Part shown: one piece after another, positions 12,801 to 23,016 of the stretch
How the letters are laid out: each line of letters starts with the position of its first letter
How positions within the stretch are numbered: the first letter of the stretch is position 1
From: Vitrella brassicaformis CCMP3155
Taxonomy: Eukaryota; Protista; Chromerida
Assembly (NCBI GenBank): GCA_001179505.1
Contig: CDMY01000379.1
Coordinates: 29,520-93,519, forward strand
Reading direction: 5' to 3'
DNA length: 64,000 nt
Program-made: the position numbers and the translations under genes
The notes under the pieces: model-generated
The model's database searches: none
What the model was told of the DNA's origin: nothing
The model's input: the letters and a program-made list of their open reading frames with translations, nothing else

Positions 12801-15800
12801 TCTTGTCTCCCCTCTCCTCCCCTCCCCTATTCTTATGTCAGGGTGGATGCGCTAGCAGCGGTGCAGTCCCGCCAGACCCCCGACCAGCTCGCCGACCTCG
12901 TCATCACCACTTTCACCGCACCAAACAGCGCCTCCATCCTCAAAACCATACCCAAACACGCCCCCTCCGAGCGACCCGTGCTCACACACCCATTCGGCAC
13001 AGCTGACGGCAGCAAGAACGGCCCCCTCCCTCTCCCTCTCCCTGCCCACCCAGAGGCAGAGCAGAAGGAGATCCTCATGGATGGGGAGGACGATGCGCAG
13101 ATGGCGGTTGACTCGGTGCCTCCTGCTGCTGCTGCTGCTGCTTCTGGTGAGGACCAGTTGATGGCCGAGGCACCACAACAGGGAGAAGAGCAGCAGCCGT
13201 CAGCAGTCGCATTGTGGGCGGAGAGTCGCCAGCAGCAGCAGCAGCAGCAGCAGCGTGCTCATGGCGCTCCTGTATCTGCGCAGCCCATCGGTGCGGACGA
13301 GGCCACGGCGCTCCAGAGACTCGTGTTTGATGAGCTGCTCGGTAAGGTCACATGTGGCCAGAAAAGACGGAGAACATGAGGACGGATGTGTGTGTATGTC
13401 GATGGGTTTGTAGGAGCGCCTTTATCTGGGTCGTCATTGTCCGTGTCCTCCTCACCTCGGAGCCGACAGACAGAGACAGACAGGGACGTCAACCAGGTAA
13501 GACAAAGGGAAGGGATGTTGAGACGACATGGCACCAGGCGTGTATGTCTTGTCTATCTGTTTTGTGTGGCCATGTTGTAGGTCAAGTTGGGTGTGGTGTT
13601 TCGCGTGGTCATGTCTGGCCAGCTGCCGCCCTCATCCGAGCGGCAACTCATAAAGCGACTCGTGCAATCCATACTCAAGTAACCAACTCGCCCCACCCCC
13701 CCAGCTGCTGGCACATGCATTTGTATGTGTGTGTGTTGTGTATGTTGAGCTGTCTGCAGGCGTCAGACGCCTATGGAGCCCGAGCTCGTCGAGGACACGA
13801 CGGGCGACGACAGCGGCGTGCCCGTCTTCCCACCCCCATTCGCACCCGAACAGGTCGGTGGCCACACACCCATTGCCACAACACCACAGCACACATGGAT
13901 AGATGTGTGTGTTTCGCCTTCCTTCCTAATCCAGGATGACGAAGCCACAGCGACCACAGCGTCGTCAGGGCTGACCCCCGCCCGTCTGTCCTACCTGCAG
14001 GACCTCATCCACTTCAAGTTTGCCCGGGACATCCACACCTATGACACACGCGCAGACACAGAGAGGGAGAGGGAGAGGAGGGGTCTGCAGCACGACAGTG
14101 AGCTGCTGGCCTGGGTGGAGGGCGGCAAGAGGCCCTCTGCTGTGCTCGGCTGGGGAGTGGGGGTGGACGGCACGACCGATGCTGCTGCTGCTGATGGTGG
14201 CGAGGAGGGGGAGAGGCGTGTTTGCTATGGCGAGGTCGTCATGACGGTCTGCGACACCATCCCGAAATGGGTCGACGTGAAACAAAAGTCAGCACAGAGC
14301 AGTGGAAGCGAGCCGGTGCGTTTGTTGAAACTGTCACGTGCGTGTGTCACATGCCAGGGATTTCCACAAGTCTTTTGCGCGTCTGATAGCGGACCTGCCA
14401 TACGTGCCGTCGGGGGTGTACGGGCTGCTGTACCGTCAGGCGCTCGATGAGCAGACGCGGCTGCCCGCACTCATGGCCATCTTCCACTTGCTCAAACACA
14501 AGACAACCACCCTGTGCAGAAAGTCAGCAACACACACACACGCACCAGACACTGCTGTCTGCATCTGTGTGTGTGTGTGTGTGTGCGTGCAGGTCGGCCA
14601 TGGGTGTGTTCCTGCGTCTCTGTTTCGCCAAGGACTTCCACTGCCGCTTCCGAGCCATCAGCCTCTGCGTCAGCCGATTCTACACACCACCGCCAGCACC
14701 ACCGCCAGCACCACCACAAGCACAACAGACAGACGCCGACGAGCATCCAGCTATTGCAGAGGACTTCAGCGGTGTGTCCGACTGGCTGCGGCCAGAGCAA
14801 GGGGGCGGTGGCGAGATGCATGAGATGGAGAAAGAGATGCATGTGGGTGTGGAGGCGCCACAGCCAGATGGTGATGGTGATGTTGACGAGGGTGGTTTCG
14901 GGTGGGAGGATCCCACTGTGTACAGCGGCAAGTGGACGGAGGAATGTGCCGGCATCATGCTCAGGTGAGAGAGTGAGTGAGAGGCAATGCAGCTGTGTGG
15001 TGGGTGGGTCATGTGGCTGGGCGGATGGATGGATGGACGGATGGTCACACAGGTCGCTGGTGAAGCCTGATGAGCAGACGGGCGAGGGCAGGTTCTTCGC
15101 CCACCCCATCATTCCATGTCGCTACATCGCACAGCTGTGTCAGGAGATGCTCGATGAGCTCAAAGGTGAGATTTGCGTGCTGCAAGAGTGTGTATCGAGA
15201 TGTCCATTTGTCTATGCCACAGATATGGAGAGCGAGTCCGATCACACGTCGGCGTGCATGATGCTGTACATCGCCCTGTGCTTCAAGCGGCCCCTCCTGC
15301 TGCACGCATACTTCCACGTCTACACGCTCTGCACACAGCCGGAAGTGCAGCAGACACTCAACACAAAACTCGCAGAGGTCACACAAGAGACAGTGGGTGG
15401 GAGGGAGAGAGAGATGGATGGATGGGTGTTGTTCTGTGTGTGTCAGGTGGTTGCCAACCTCTCCCCCACCCACCCAGAGCTGCCCAGGCTAATCAGGGTA
15501 CGGAGGGCATCGAAGGCGATGAATGCACGCCCATTCTATCGCTGCCTCCTATACATGTGTGTGTGTGTCAGGGAGCCACCCCGGCCAACGAGACGCTCGT
15601 CATCACGCTGCTGGACGCACTCTCAGCTCAGTCAGCCGCCAAGGAAGGTAAACAAACGCAACACAAGACGACACAACCATCCCATGTGATGTCGATCCGT
15701 TCATCTACACATCAGGTGGATTGGTGCTGAGTCGTGAGATGGCGGAGGCCGTGCTGTCCCTCTACCGCCAGACGCAAAATGCCCAGCTACTCGTGCCCAT

Positions 15801-16822
15801 CGTCGGACACCTGCACAAGTATGCAAGCTATGCAATCACACACTCCCACCCACCCCTGCAATCCCCACCCACCCCACACACACACATGCATCCCTTGTCT
15901 GTCTGTCTGTCTGTCTGTCTGTGTGTCTGAGCAGGTCTGAGGTATTGCAGCTGCTGCCCTTCGTGCTGAAGCTCGAGTCGAAGGATCAGGTCAAGACGGC
16001 ATTCGCCAGACTGCTGAGCGGGGCCGCTGCCGCCGCTGGGGGCGTTGCTGCTGCTGCTGGTGGCGGTGAGATCGATCGCGTGACGGCGGTCGATCTGCTG
16101 GAGGCCATCATCCGAGTGGAGAGGGACAACCGGGAGAACCTGCCCATCAAACGGATTTCGGACTCGCTGGACTGCTGCTTCGAACTGAGAGACAAAATCG
16201 ACACCAAAGTAAGACACACACAGAGAGAGAGAGAGAGAGAGCGCGAGTCGTGTCACTCGTCTGCCTGGCGGGATGTGTGTGTGTGTGTCAGTCGTTCCCC
16301 ATTGTGATGACGCGCATCCTCGAGACCACCGAGCTAGAGGCATTGCCAAAGCTGTTCGGACGGCTGGTGGGAACAAACACGTGATGTGATGACAACCGCA
16401 TGACCTGTTCCCTGTTCACCTGTATGTATGTGTCTGTGTGTAGATGGTGTTGGTGCTTCGCGAGTTCCCCACTGTGCGTGACTTCATGGTCGAGGAGATA
16501 CTGCCCAAACTGGTCGAAAAGAAGGTCAGCGAAGAGAGGTGCATGGGCCTGCAGCCAAGGTGTCTGTCATCGATGTTTGTCGATCAGGTGTGGAACGACC
16601 GCGTGCATTGGCGGGGCTTCCTTCACTGCCTCAAGGACCTCTGGCCGGCCTCATGCCCAATACTCATCACCCTCCCCAGGTGTGCTGAGTGGCCAGCTGT
16701 CATGGTCGGTCTGTCTCTCTGTGTGTATCGACGTGCGTGTCTGTGTCAGTTCCCAAGTGGAGGATCTGTTGGTTGAGAATCCTGCGTGGCGGGGGGAGTT
16801 CTCCGAGTACCTCAAGCGACTG
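9887..16822 (+). CDS. SYMPK: Symplekin/Pta1-like scaffold of the cleavage-polyadenylation complex (3' end uncertain beyond the gap at 16891)
   Basis: Helical N-terminus plus C-terminal segments matching the symplekin C domain: LLVPIVGHLHK|SEVLQLLPFVLKL, LPKLFGRL|MVLVLREFPTVRDFMVEEILPKLVEKK|VWNDRVHWRGFLHCLKDLWPASCPILITLP. The end given is the last confidently placed exon; more exons probably lie at 17196-17640. Confidence 0.75.
12386..12685. other. Assembly gap (300 N) in the symplekin gene
   Basis: N run. Confidence 0.99.
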
Positions 16823-16890
16823 GTATGTCTGTGTGTCAACAGCCAACACCAATGTGCGTCTGTCGTCACGTGTGTGTGTGTGTGTGTGTG

Positions 16891-17190
16891 NNNNNNNNNN
16901 NNNNNNNNNNNNNNNNNNNNNNNNNNNNNNNNNNNNNNNNNNNNNNNNNNNNNNNNNNNNNNNNNNNNNNNNNNNNNNNNNNNNNNNNNNNNNNNNNNNN
17001 NNNNNNNNNNNNNNNNNNNNNNNNNNNNNNNNNNNNNNNNNNNNNNNNNNNNNNNNNNNNNNNNNNNNNNNNNNNNNNNNNNNNNNNNNNNNNNNNNNNN
17101 NNNNNNNNNNNNNNNNNNNNNNNNNNNNNNNNNNNNNNNNNNNNNNNNNNNNNNNNNNNNNNNNNNNNNNNNNNNNNNNNNNNNNNNNNN
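16891..17190. other. Assembly gap (300 N) at the 3' end of symplekin
   Basis: N run after a (TG)n tract. Confidence 0.99.
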
Positions 17191-17891
17191 TGCAGGCCGA
17201 GATGGCCGAGTTGCGCCAAGACCCCGGGGCTCCTCAGGGTGCCTGTCAGAGGATTGCTCTCGATGAAGGCTTTGCTATGCTGCAGCTGGCCGCTGCTCAC
17301 GGGGGGTGCGATCACAGACATACTCGTGTGTGTGGGGTGTTATGACCCATGTGCAGCTCAGCAGCGAGTCGTGTGCAGGAGATTTCCGGCACCAGCTTAT
17401 TGACCGGGGCATCCAGCTTGTTACGCACAGCCGTCGAGCGGTGCTCTCGGAGGTCCGTCTGACTGACCCCCTCCCTCCCCTCTGTATGTGAGTGTCTGTC
17501 ATCTCTGCAGGCCCGTCTTTCGCTCCGTGTGCATGGCCCGGCCCATCCAACACATGGATCTGGTGCACCCTTGAGTGAGCTACACAGGTGCCAAGAGAGA
17601 GGGGCAGGTCAGCAAAACTGACGGCGCCACGCAACCGAACAAAAATGTCACCATTTTGCCATTTCTGACCGTAGGATGACCCTTGTCGGCCACCTGTAGG
17701 CCCACATACGACTGATAGACCTATAATAGAGGTATGTGTGGGTGCGAAATCCATCAAAATGACTTTTTTGTGCGCGACTTTTCTTCTCTGACCTACTTCG
17801 CCCAGTGGGTGGGCAATCAATCTACCCCCAGGTAGTAAGTATACACCCTCCACACACACCCTCCCTCTCCCTCTCTCCCTCTCCCTCTCCC

Positions 17892-17926
<35 letters not shown>

Positions 17927-18403
17927 AATCAGCCGTCTGGGTCGGTGCCGTCACAGCTGGTGCATCTGAGGCAGGCCATCTGACTATATACCGAGAGGGA
18001 GGGAGGGAGGGACATACGTGGATCGGTGGATAGATGGATGGGTGCGTTGTGGTTGGTGTGGGTGTGGTTGGACGATGCTGTGTGCAATATACACCATGAC
18101 TATCAATGCTTGAATATACATTGCACGAGCCTTGTTGGATTTTCACTTTGGGTTTTCACTTTGGGTTGACGTGAGGGCGAGCATTCACACGCACGAGTCT
18201 CATATTCCATCAAGCACGACACGCCGCATCACACACCATGCAGCGAGGCCTGGAGATAGACAGGAAGAAGACCATTTGAAACCAGCAAGTGCCATGTCTA
18301 CTTCCAGGCTACCCGTCTTGACATCAACACGCACACCCGTGATGACACTAGCCCCTCTCCCCTCCCCCTTAGTCATGTTTGACGTGTGTCTCTCTTCACA
18401 TCT

Positions 18404-18847
18404 TCACATCTGGGCCATCATTGCCGCTGCCTCCGCAATACGGGCGGCGAAGCGAGCAGTCGAAACCGGGATCAGGCCCGGGTCGCTGTAGCTCAGATCA
18501 GAGCCCAGCTCAGCCGCCGCTCGTAGGGCCGCTGTGTCTTGGGTTCTGTCGGGGATGTCGTTGGCCACCGGGGCCTCCTCCGTTTCATTGCTGGGCGTGT
18601 CCACATCGCCCCCGTTCTCTGTCTCGTTGCTGGTGCTGTTCGAGGCCGCTTCCTCTTGGCTGCTGTTGTCCGTTCGGGCCGCACCGTTGATGAGAGCCAG
18701 CAGCTCCTGGCCTGCCAGGCGGCCTTGGACAGATGCATTCACCAGGGCCAGTATCGCAAGGCCCATACGACGGCCTTCGGCGGCGGGCACAGGCTGCATG
18801 CAGGTGCGGTAGCCAAGGGAGCCGGCACCCTTGCTGGTAAGGCACAT
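18404..18847 (-). CDS. Hypothetical single-exon protein (~147 aa), divergent from the ankyrin gene
   Basis: Open frame free of microsatellites; first ATG (18847) sits in a CCACCATG context; acidic/Ser-Asn-rich middle; no recognisable domain. Confidence 0.3.
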   Translation of the reverse strand: MCLTSKGAGSLGYRTCMQPVPAAEGRRMGLAILALVNASVQGRLAGQELLALINGAARTDNSSQEEAASNSTSNETENGGDVDTPSNETEEAPVANDIPDRTQDTAALRAAAELGSDLSYSDPGLIPVSTARFAARIAEAAAMMAQM

Positions 18848-19132
18848 GGTGGATGATGCCGGTTGGCTGACGCGCCGACCCAATGGAGCAAACTTGAAGA
18901 AACTCGGAAAGAGCGGCACCGGCCCTGAGACGTCTGCTGGGGCTGATCCTTTCACTGCGCTGCTGCCGCAGGGTACTCGCTTGTTGTTGTGAGGGAAAGA
19001 ACGTCTGATGCCTCGAGCTCAAACGGACCAGTTTCGTTTTTTCGTCGACCCCCAGGAAAACCCGACCGCGAAACCTTCCGCGTCCGTGGGTCGAGGGGGC
19101 GCTCCAAAAAAGAGAGGAAGAGAGAGTGGAAG

Positions 19133-22100
19133 ATGGCCTCTCCTCTTGCGGTCGGGAAGTTGAGCATCCGTGTCCGCAACAAGGCCCTATCGAGAGCCCA
19201 TGTTCGTGTGGTGGAGGCGAGGGAGCGGAAGACAGTCGAGCAGGAGCTCGAGAAGGCCGTGGAAAAGGGGAAGAAGATGGAGCGGGGGGGTGGAGTCACG
19301 GCTGGGTTTGGCGGCGTTGAGATCGGCCTGGAGGCCAACAGGGGCACAGAAACACGTAAGAACGGGAGGGCTCCACCCCAGCGAAGTTGGGGCAGGGCTC
19401 CTATTGTCTTGTGTATGTGTTCAGGTGACAAGACGGAGGAGAAGAGCCGTGTTCACATTCAGTAATCATTGAAGAGTCGGCCTTTCAGCTGCTCAACCAA
19501 CTCATACACCCAGAAGAGCACCCCAATGGCATCGCAATCATAAGGGTGAGGGAAGAGCCCATGGATCTGCAGAGGTCGTTCACTTGCCCCGCTGCTCATT
19601 TGTCAATTGTCGTCAGGGTAACCCGCCATTTGTGTCGCTTCTGACCGAGACCATCGAGGCCGCAAACATCGAGGCCAAAGAGGCGGCTTTTCGTCTCAAC
19701 AACGTCGCCACAAGGCTTGTCTTGACATCGGCGAAGAGCATGGCTCTCGGGGTGTCAGTCGGGCTCGAAAAGAAGAAGGGACGGGAGACGCATGAGGAGG
19801 CCGACCCCTCGCAGCTGTGGATCAAGCAGACGGACACCTTTTGCCCCAAAGGCGCTTTCCGTTTGGTGCCGAAGGCTTTCCCTGACAAGACACTGGCGGT
19901 GAGCCAATTGATGGGCAACAAGCTCGTCCTCGATTCCCCAACGGCCGAGACAGACGCCAAGAACACCAAGGGAGAGGCGAAATTTGAACAGTGTCATGGT
20001 CTCTGCAGAAGATGTCCAAGCCCCCCAGCCGACGACAGGGGGCCTCTGCGCTCTCTGTTGTCAGATCTGCAAGGACCAGGTCCGCGTCTCGCCCGACATA
20101 GAATTCGACGAAAGAGGCGAGCAGAGGAGGGGAAGCAGTCAGTGCGACGAGCAGACAGTTGCCGTCAAGTGTCACGGCCTGCCGGATTACGTGGTGGGAG
20201 TCAAGACCTCTGGCAACACCAAAACTCTGGTGCTGGTGAAAGAAGACAAAGGCGTCCCAAAGGAGGCCCTGTGGCGTTGCAGCCAGCCGATTGTGGCCGA
20301 GAAGGGTAAAAAGGCGCTGACAGACAGTGCCTGCAAGCACACGACATATCTTCTGCCTCAGGTCAAGATGTGCTCACCGAAGCTGCCACGACGGAGGAGG
20401 TCGGCGAGGTGCATTCACTGATGTCACTCACGTATCCTGACCATATGTTTCCTGCAGATGAGCCTGTTCGAGGCTTGTGCGGAGGGCAATAAGGAGGCTG
20501 TCCTTCGAGCCATCAAGGCGAAGGGCGTCAAGTGCTTGGAGGAAACCGATGAGGTGAGACACAGGTGTGCTTCACCCACACTGGGGCGAACTTTGGTATT
20601 CGTGGCTTGCAGGAGGGATTCACGCCCCTTCACTATGCTGCGCAGAACGGCCACGAGGTGATTGTGAGAGAGATAGTGGCCAAAGGAGGGAAAGGCCTCA
20701 TCAAAAAGCAAACGAAAGTGATGGTGAGCAGAGATGCACTATCAATGATCGGCAGCATGAGTCTTAGGTGGTATCGATTGCTGCAGAACGAGCCAACTGT
20801 GTTGCATTTGGCTGTCGGGAAGGGTCATGTGGCAATCGTGACGGCGCTTCTTGACGTGGGAGGTGCAGATTTGTTGACGACACTCATCGACAAGGTAGGT
20901 AGAGGTAAACACGTATGAAGCCGCAGTCTGGCCACAACACCGGTTGCATATCCTCTTACAGAACCTGCGGACGGCTTTTTTGCTTGCCGCGTGGATGTGC
21001 CACCTGGATGCGATGCGGGCCATGTACGCAGTGATGGAAAAGCAGCGTCGAGGCAAAACGCTGCTCGACCAGCAGGCGAGAGTACGAACCGAACAACGGA
21101 GAAATGCATCGCAACTCGAAATCAAACTGATGTCTCTCTATATGGATGCAGCACGGGAACTACGCTATTCACTACGCGGCCTTCAAAGGTCACCTTGCTG
21201 CGATCCAACAGCTGATCGGCTGGGGCGGACCGGAAGAGCTCGATCGGAGGAACAAGGTGAGAAAAGCACATACGAGGTGAAAAAAAGGCATCGTATCGAT
21301 TGTATAGTGCGATGGTCACCATATTTATCCCTGTGGTTGGCGGCTCAGTTTAACAGCACTCCATTTCATAAGGCTGCAACGGAGGGTCATCTTGACGCCA
21401 TGCGGGCCATGCGGGCCATGCATGCAAAGAAAGGAAAGCCCCTCCTCGACCAGGAAGACAACGTAAGTGACACTACTAAGTGAGGAAGGGGAAATACTGA
21501 TCGGTGGACGACCGAAATTGCTTGATGTGTGCTAATAGGATGGGAGCTGTGCGATCCATTACGCCGCCTGGAAGGGCTACAAGGCCATGGTTATTCAGCT
21601 CATCGACTGGGGAGGCGTGGGCGAGCTCGAGAAAAAAGGAAAGGTCCTTCCAGACCATCCAGTGCATCTTTCGACCAACAAAGTGATTCCCTGTAATATC
21701 TGTGTCCGCTCTTGCTGTGTCACCCAGAACCAGCACACGCCATTTCACCTTGCTGCTCAGGTTTGTGATGTCATTCATAGGAGACATATAATTGTCTCTT
21801 CCATGTGGAACGCAGTTCGGTCAGGTCGACGTGATGGAGGTGATGTATGCTAAGGGGGGCAAAGGGCTGCTGGAACAAAAGGGCAAGGTAGAGAGCAACA
21901 GATTCGATCGGCTCTCCTCTACCTGTGTGTGTGTGTGTGTGTGTGTGGCAGAACGGCATGTACGCCATTCACTGGGCAGCTGTGCAGAATCACGTCGCTG
22001 TCGTGAAGAAGCTGTTTGAGTGGGGAGGTGCAGCGGGAGAGCTGGAGCGTCGCAAGGATGTAGGGAAAGTCACCCATGCAATGAATATTCTACTATCCGT

Positions 22101-22506
22101 GTATGTCTGCTGTTTGTTATGCTGCCATGGCTAAGAACGACAACACGGCGTGGTTGAATGCTGCGAGTTGCGGCCACGTTGATGTGATGGAGGCAATGTA
22201 CGCAGCTGCAGGAAAAACCCTGCTGGATCAACAGAACAGAGTGAGCTCACTGAGCTGAGACACCAACCAATACACACATGGAAGGAAATGGCATGTCTAT
22301 GTCGACGTGATGTGGTTGCGTGGATGCAGAACGGGTATTGTGCCATACATTTCGCCAGCCAGAAGGGGCACGTTGAGGCAGTGAAGCTCTTGGTATCTTG
22401 GGGCGGCACTGAACAGCTGACGACAAAGAAGACAACGCAGGGCAAGACCCCCATGGACTTGGCGCAGAGCGATGAAATGCGCAAGCTGATTGACAGCTAC
22501 AAATAG
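19133..22506 (+). CDS. Unrecognised N-terminal region (possible beta-pore-forming and beta-trefoil-like segments) fused to 11 ankyrin repeats; apparent frameshift near 19460
   Basis: The ankyrin exons are clear (EGFTPLHYAAQNGH, NEPTVLHLAVGKGH, FNSTPFHKAATEGH, NGYCAIHFASQKGH...QGKTPMDLA; stop TAG 22504-22506). In-frame GT-AG joins EKG|QDVLTEAATTEE|MSLFEACAEG link them to the upstream exons. The junctions at ~19460 and ~19975-20065 are unresolved. Confidence 0.7.
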
Positions 22507-22942
22507 GTCATTTTCTGGTGTCTTAGGTGCGTCTGATGGCGCTGGTGTGCCCTGTGTCCTAGGCAGAAGGACATGGAGACATCATTAATTAATTGTCACT
22601 AGCGCTAGCCCGCACACACAATGGCATACCGACCACACACAAGGGATCACATCGCCCTTCTGGTTCGTCATGTCATCGATCAACTTCTCCCTCTCTGGTC
22701 CTGGGTACACCCATCAGCACCTAGACACTCCAGAGCTGTTCTGCTGACCCTACACACGAGACACCGATACAAACGGAGGGCATACCGACAATCCTTAACA
22801 CGTGCACAATTCTCAACAATTGAGTCAAATGAATGACTGGCAATCAGTCACGCACTGTCACACCCCAGCCCACACACTGACTTTGTATCACAGCAGCGGC
22901 AAGGGCCGGCAGGAATAAAATGACCCGCCTCAGTGTCGCCTA

Positions 22943-22965
22943 GGGTGAAGGGTTGGGTGAAGGGG
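22943..22965 (+). promoter_or_regulatory. Canonical G-quadruplex motif just upstream of the POLA2 start codon
   Basis: GGGTGAAGGGTTGGGTGAAGGGG fits (G3 N1-7)x4; two more GGG tracts (CAGGGTTT) at 22977 and 22993; ATG at 23017. Confidence 0.3.
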
Positions 22966-23016
22966 TTCATTCAGCAGGGTTTCCATTCACCAGGGTTTCT
23001 GGCTGACTGCTGAAGG

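Noticed and set aside
14514-15689. 391-aa ORF
   Set aside because: A mixture of off-frame symplekin exons and introns (CVCVC, DGWMDG repeats).
17275-17928. 217-aa minus-strand ORF
   Set aside because: Begins in (CA)/(GA) repeats, has no motif, and overlaps plus-strand splice signals.
20458-22506. CRISPR-like or transposon-like periodicity
   Set aside because: The periodicity is from ankyrin-coding exons; there are no identical repeats with unique spacers. No transposase, RT or terminal repeats were seen anywhere in the window.
22621-22836. 71-aa ORF after the ankyrin gene
   Set aside because: No motif or splice support; probably 3' UTR or intergenic.
22975-22998. Interstitial telomere
   Set aside because: Only two non-tandem AGGGTTT units.
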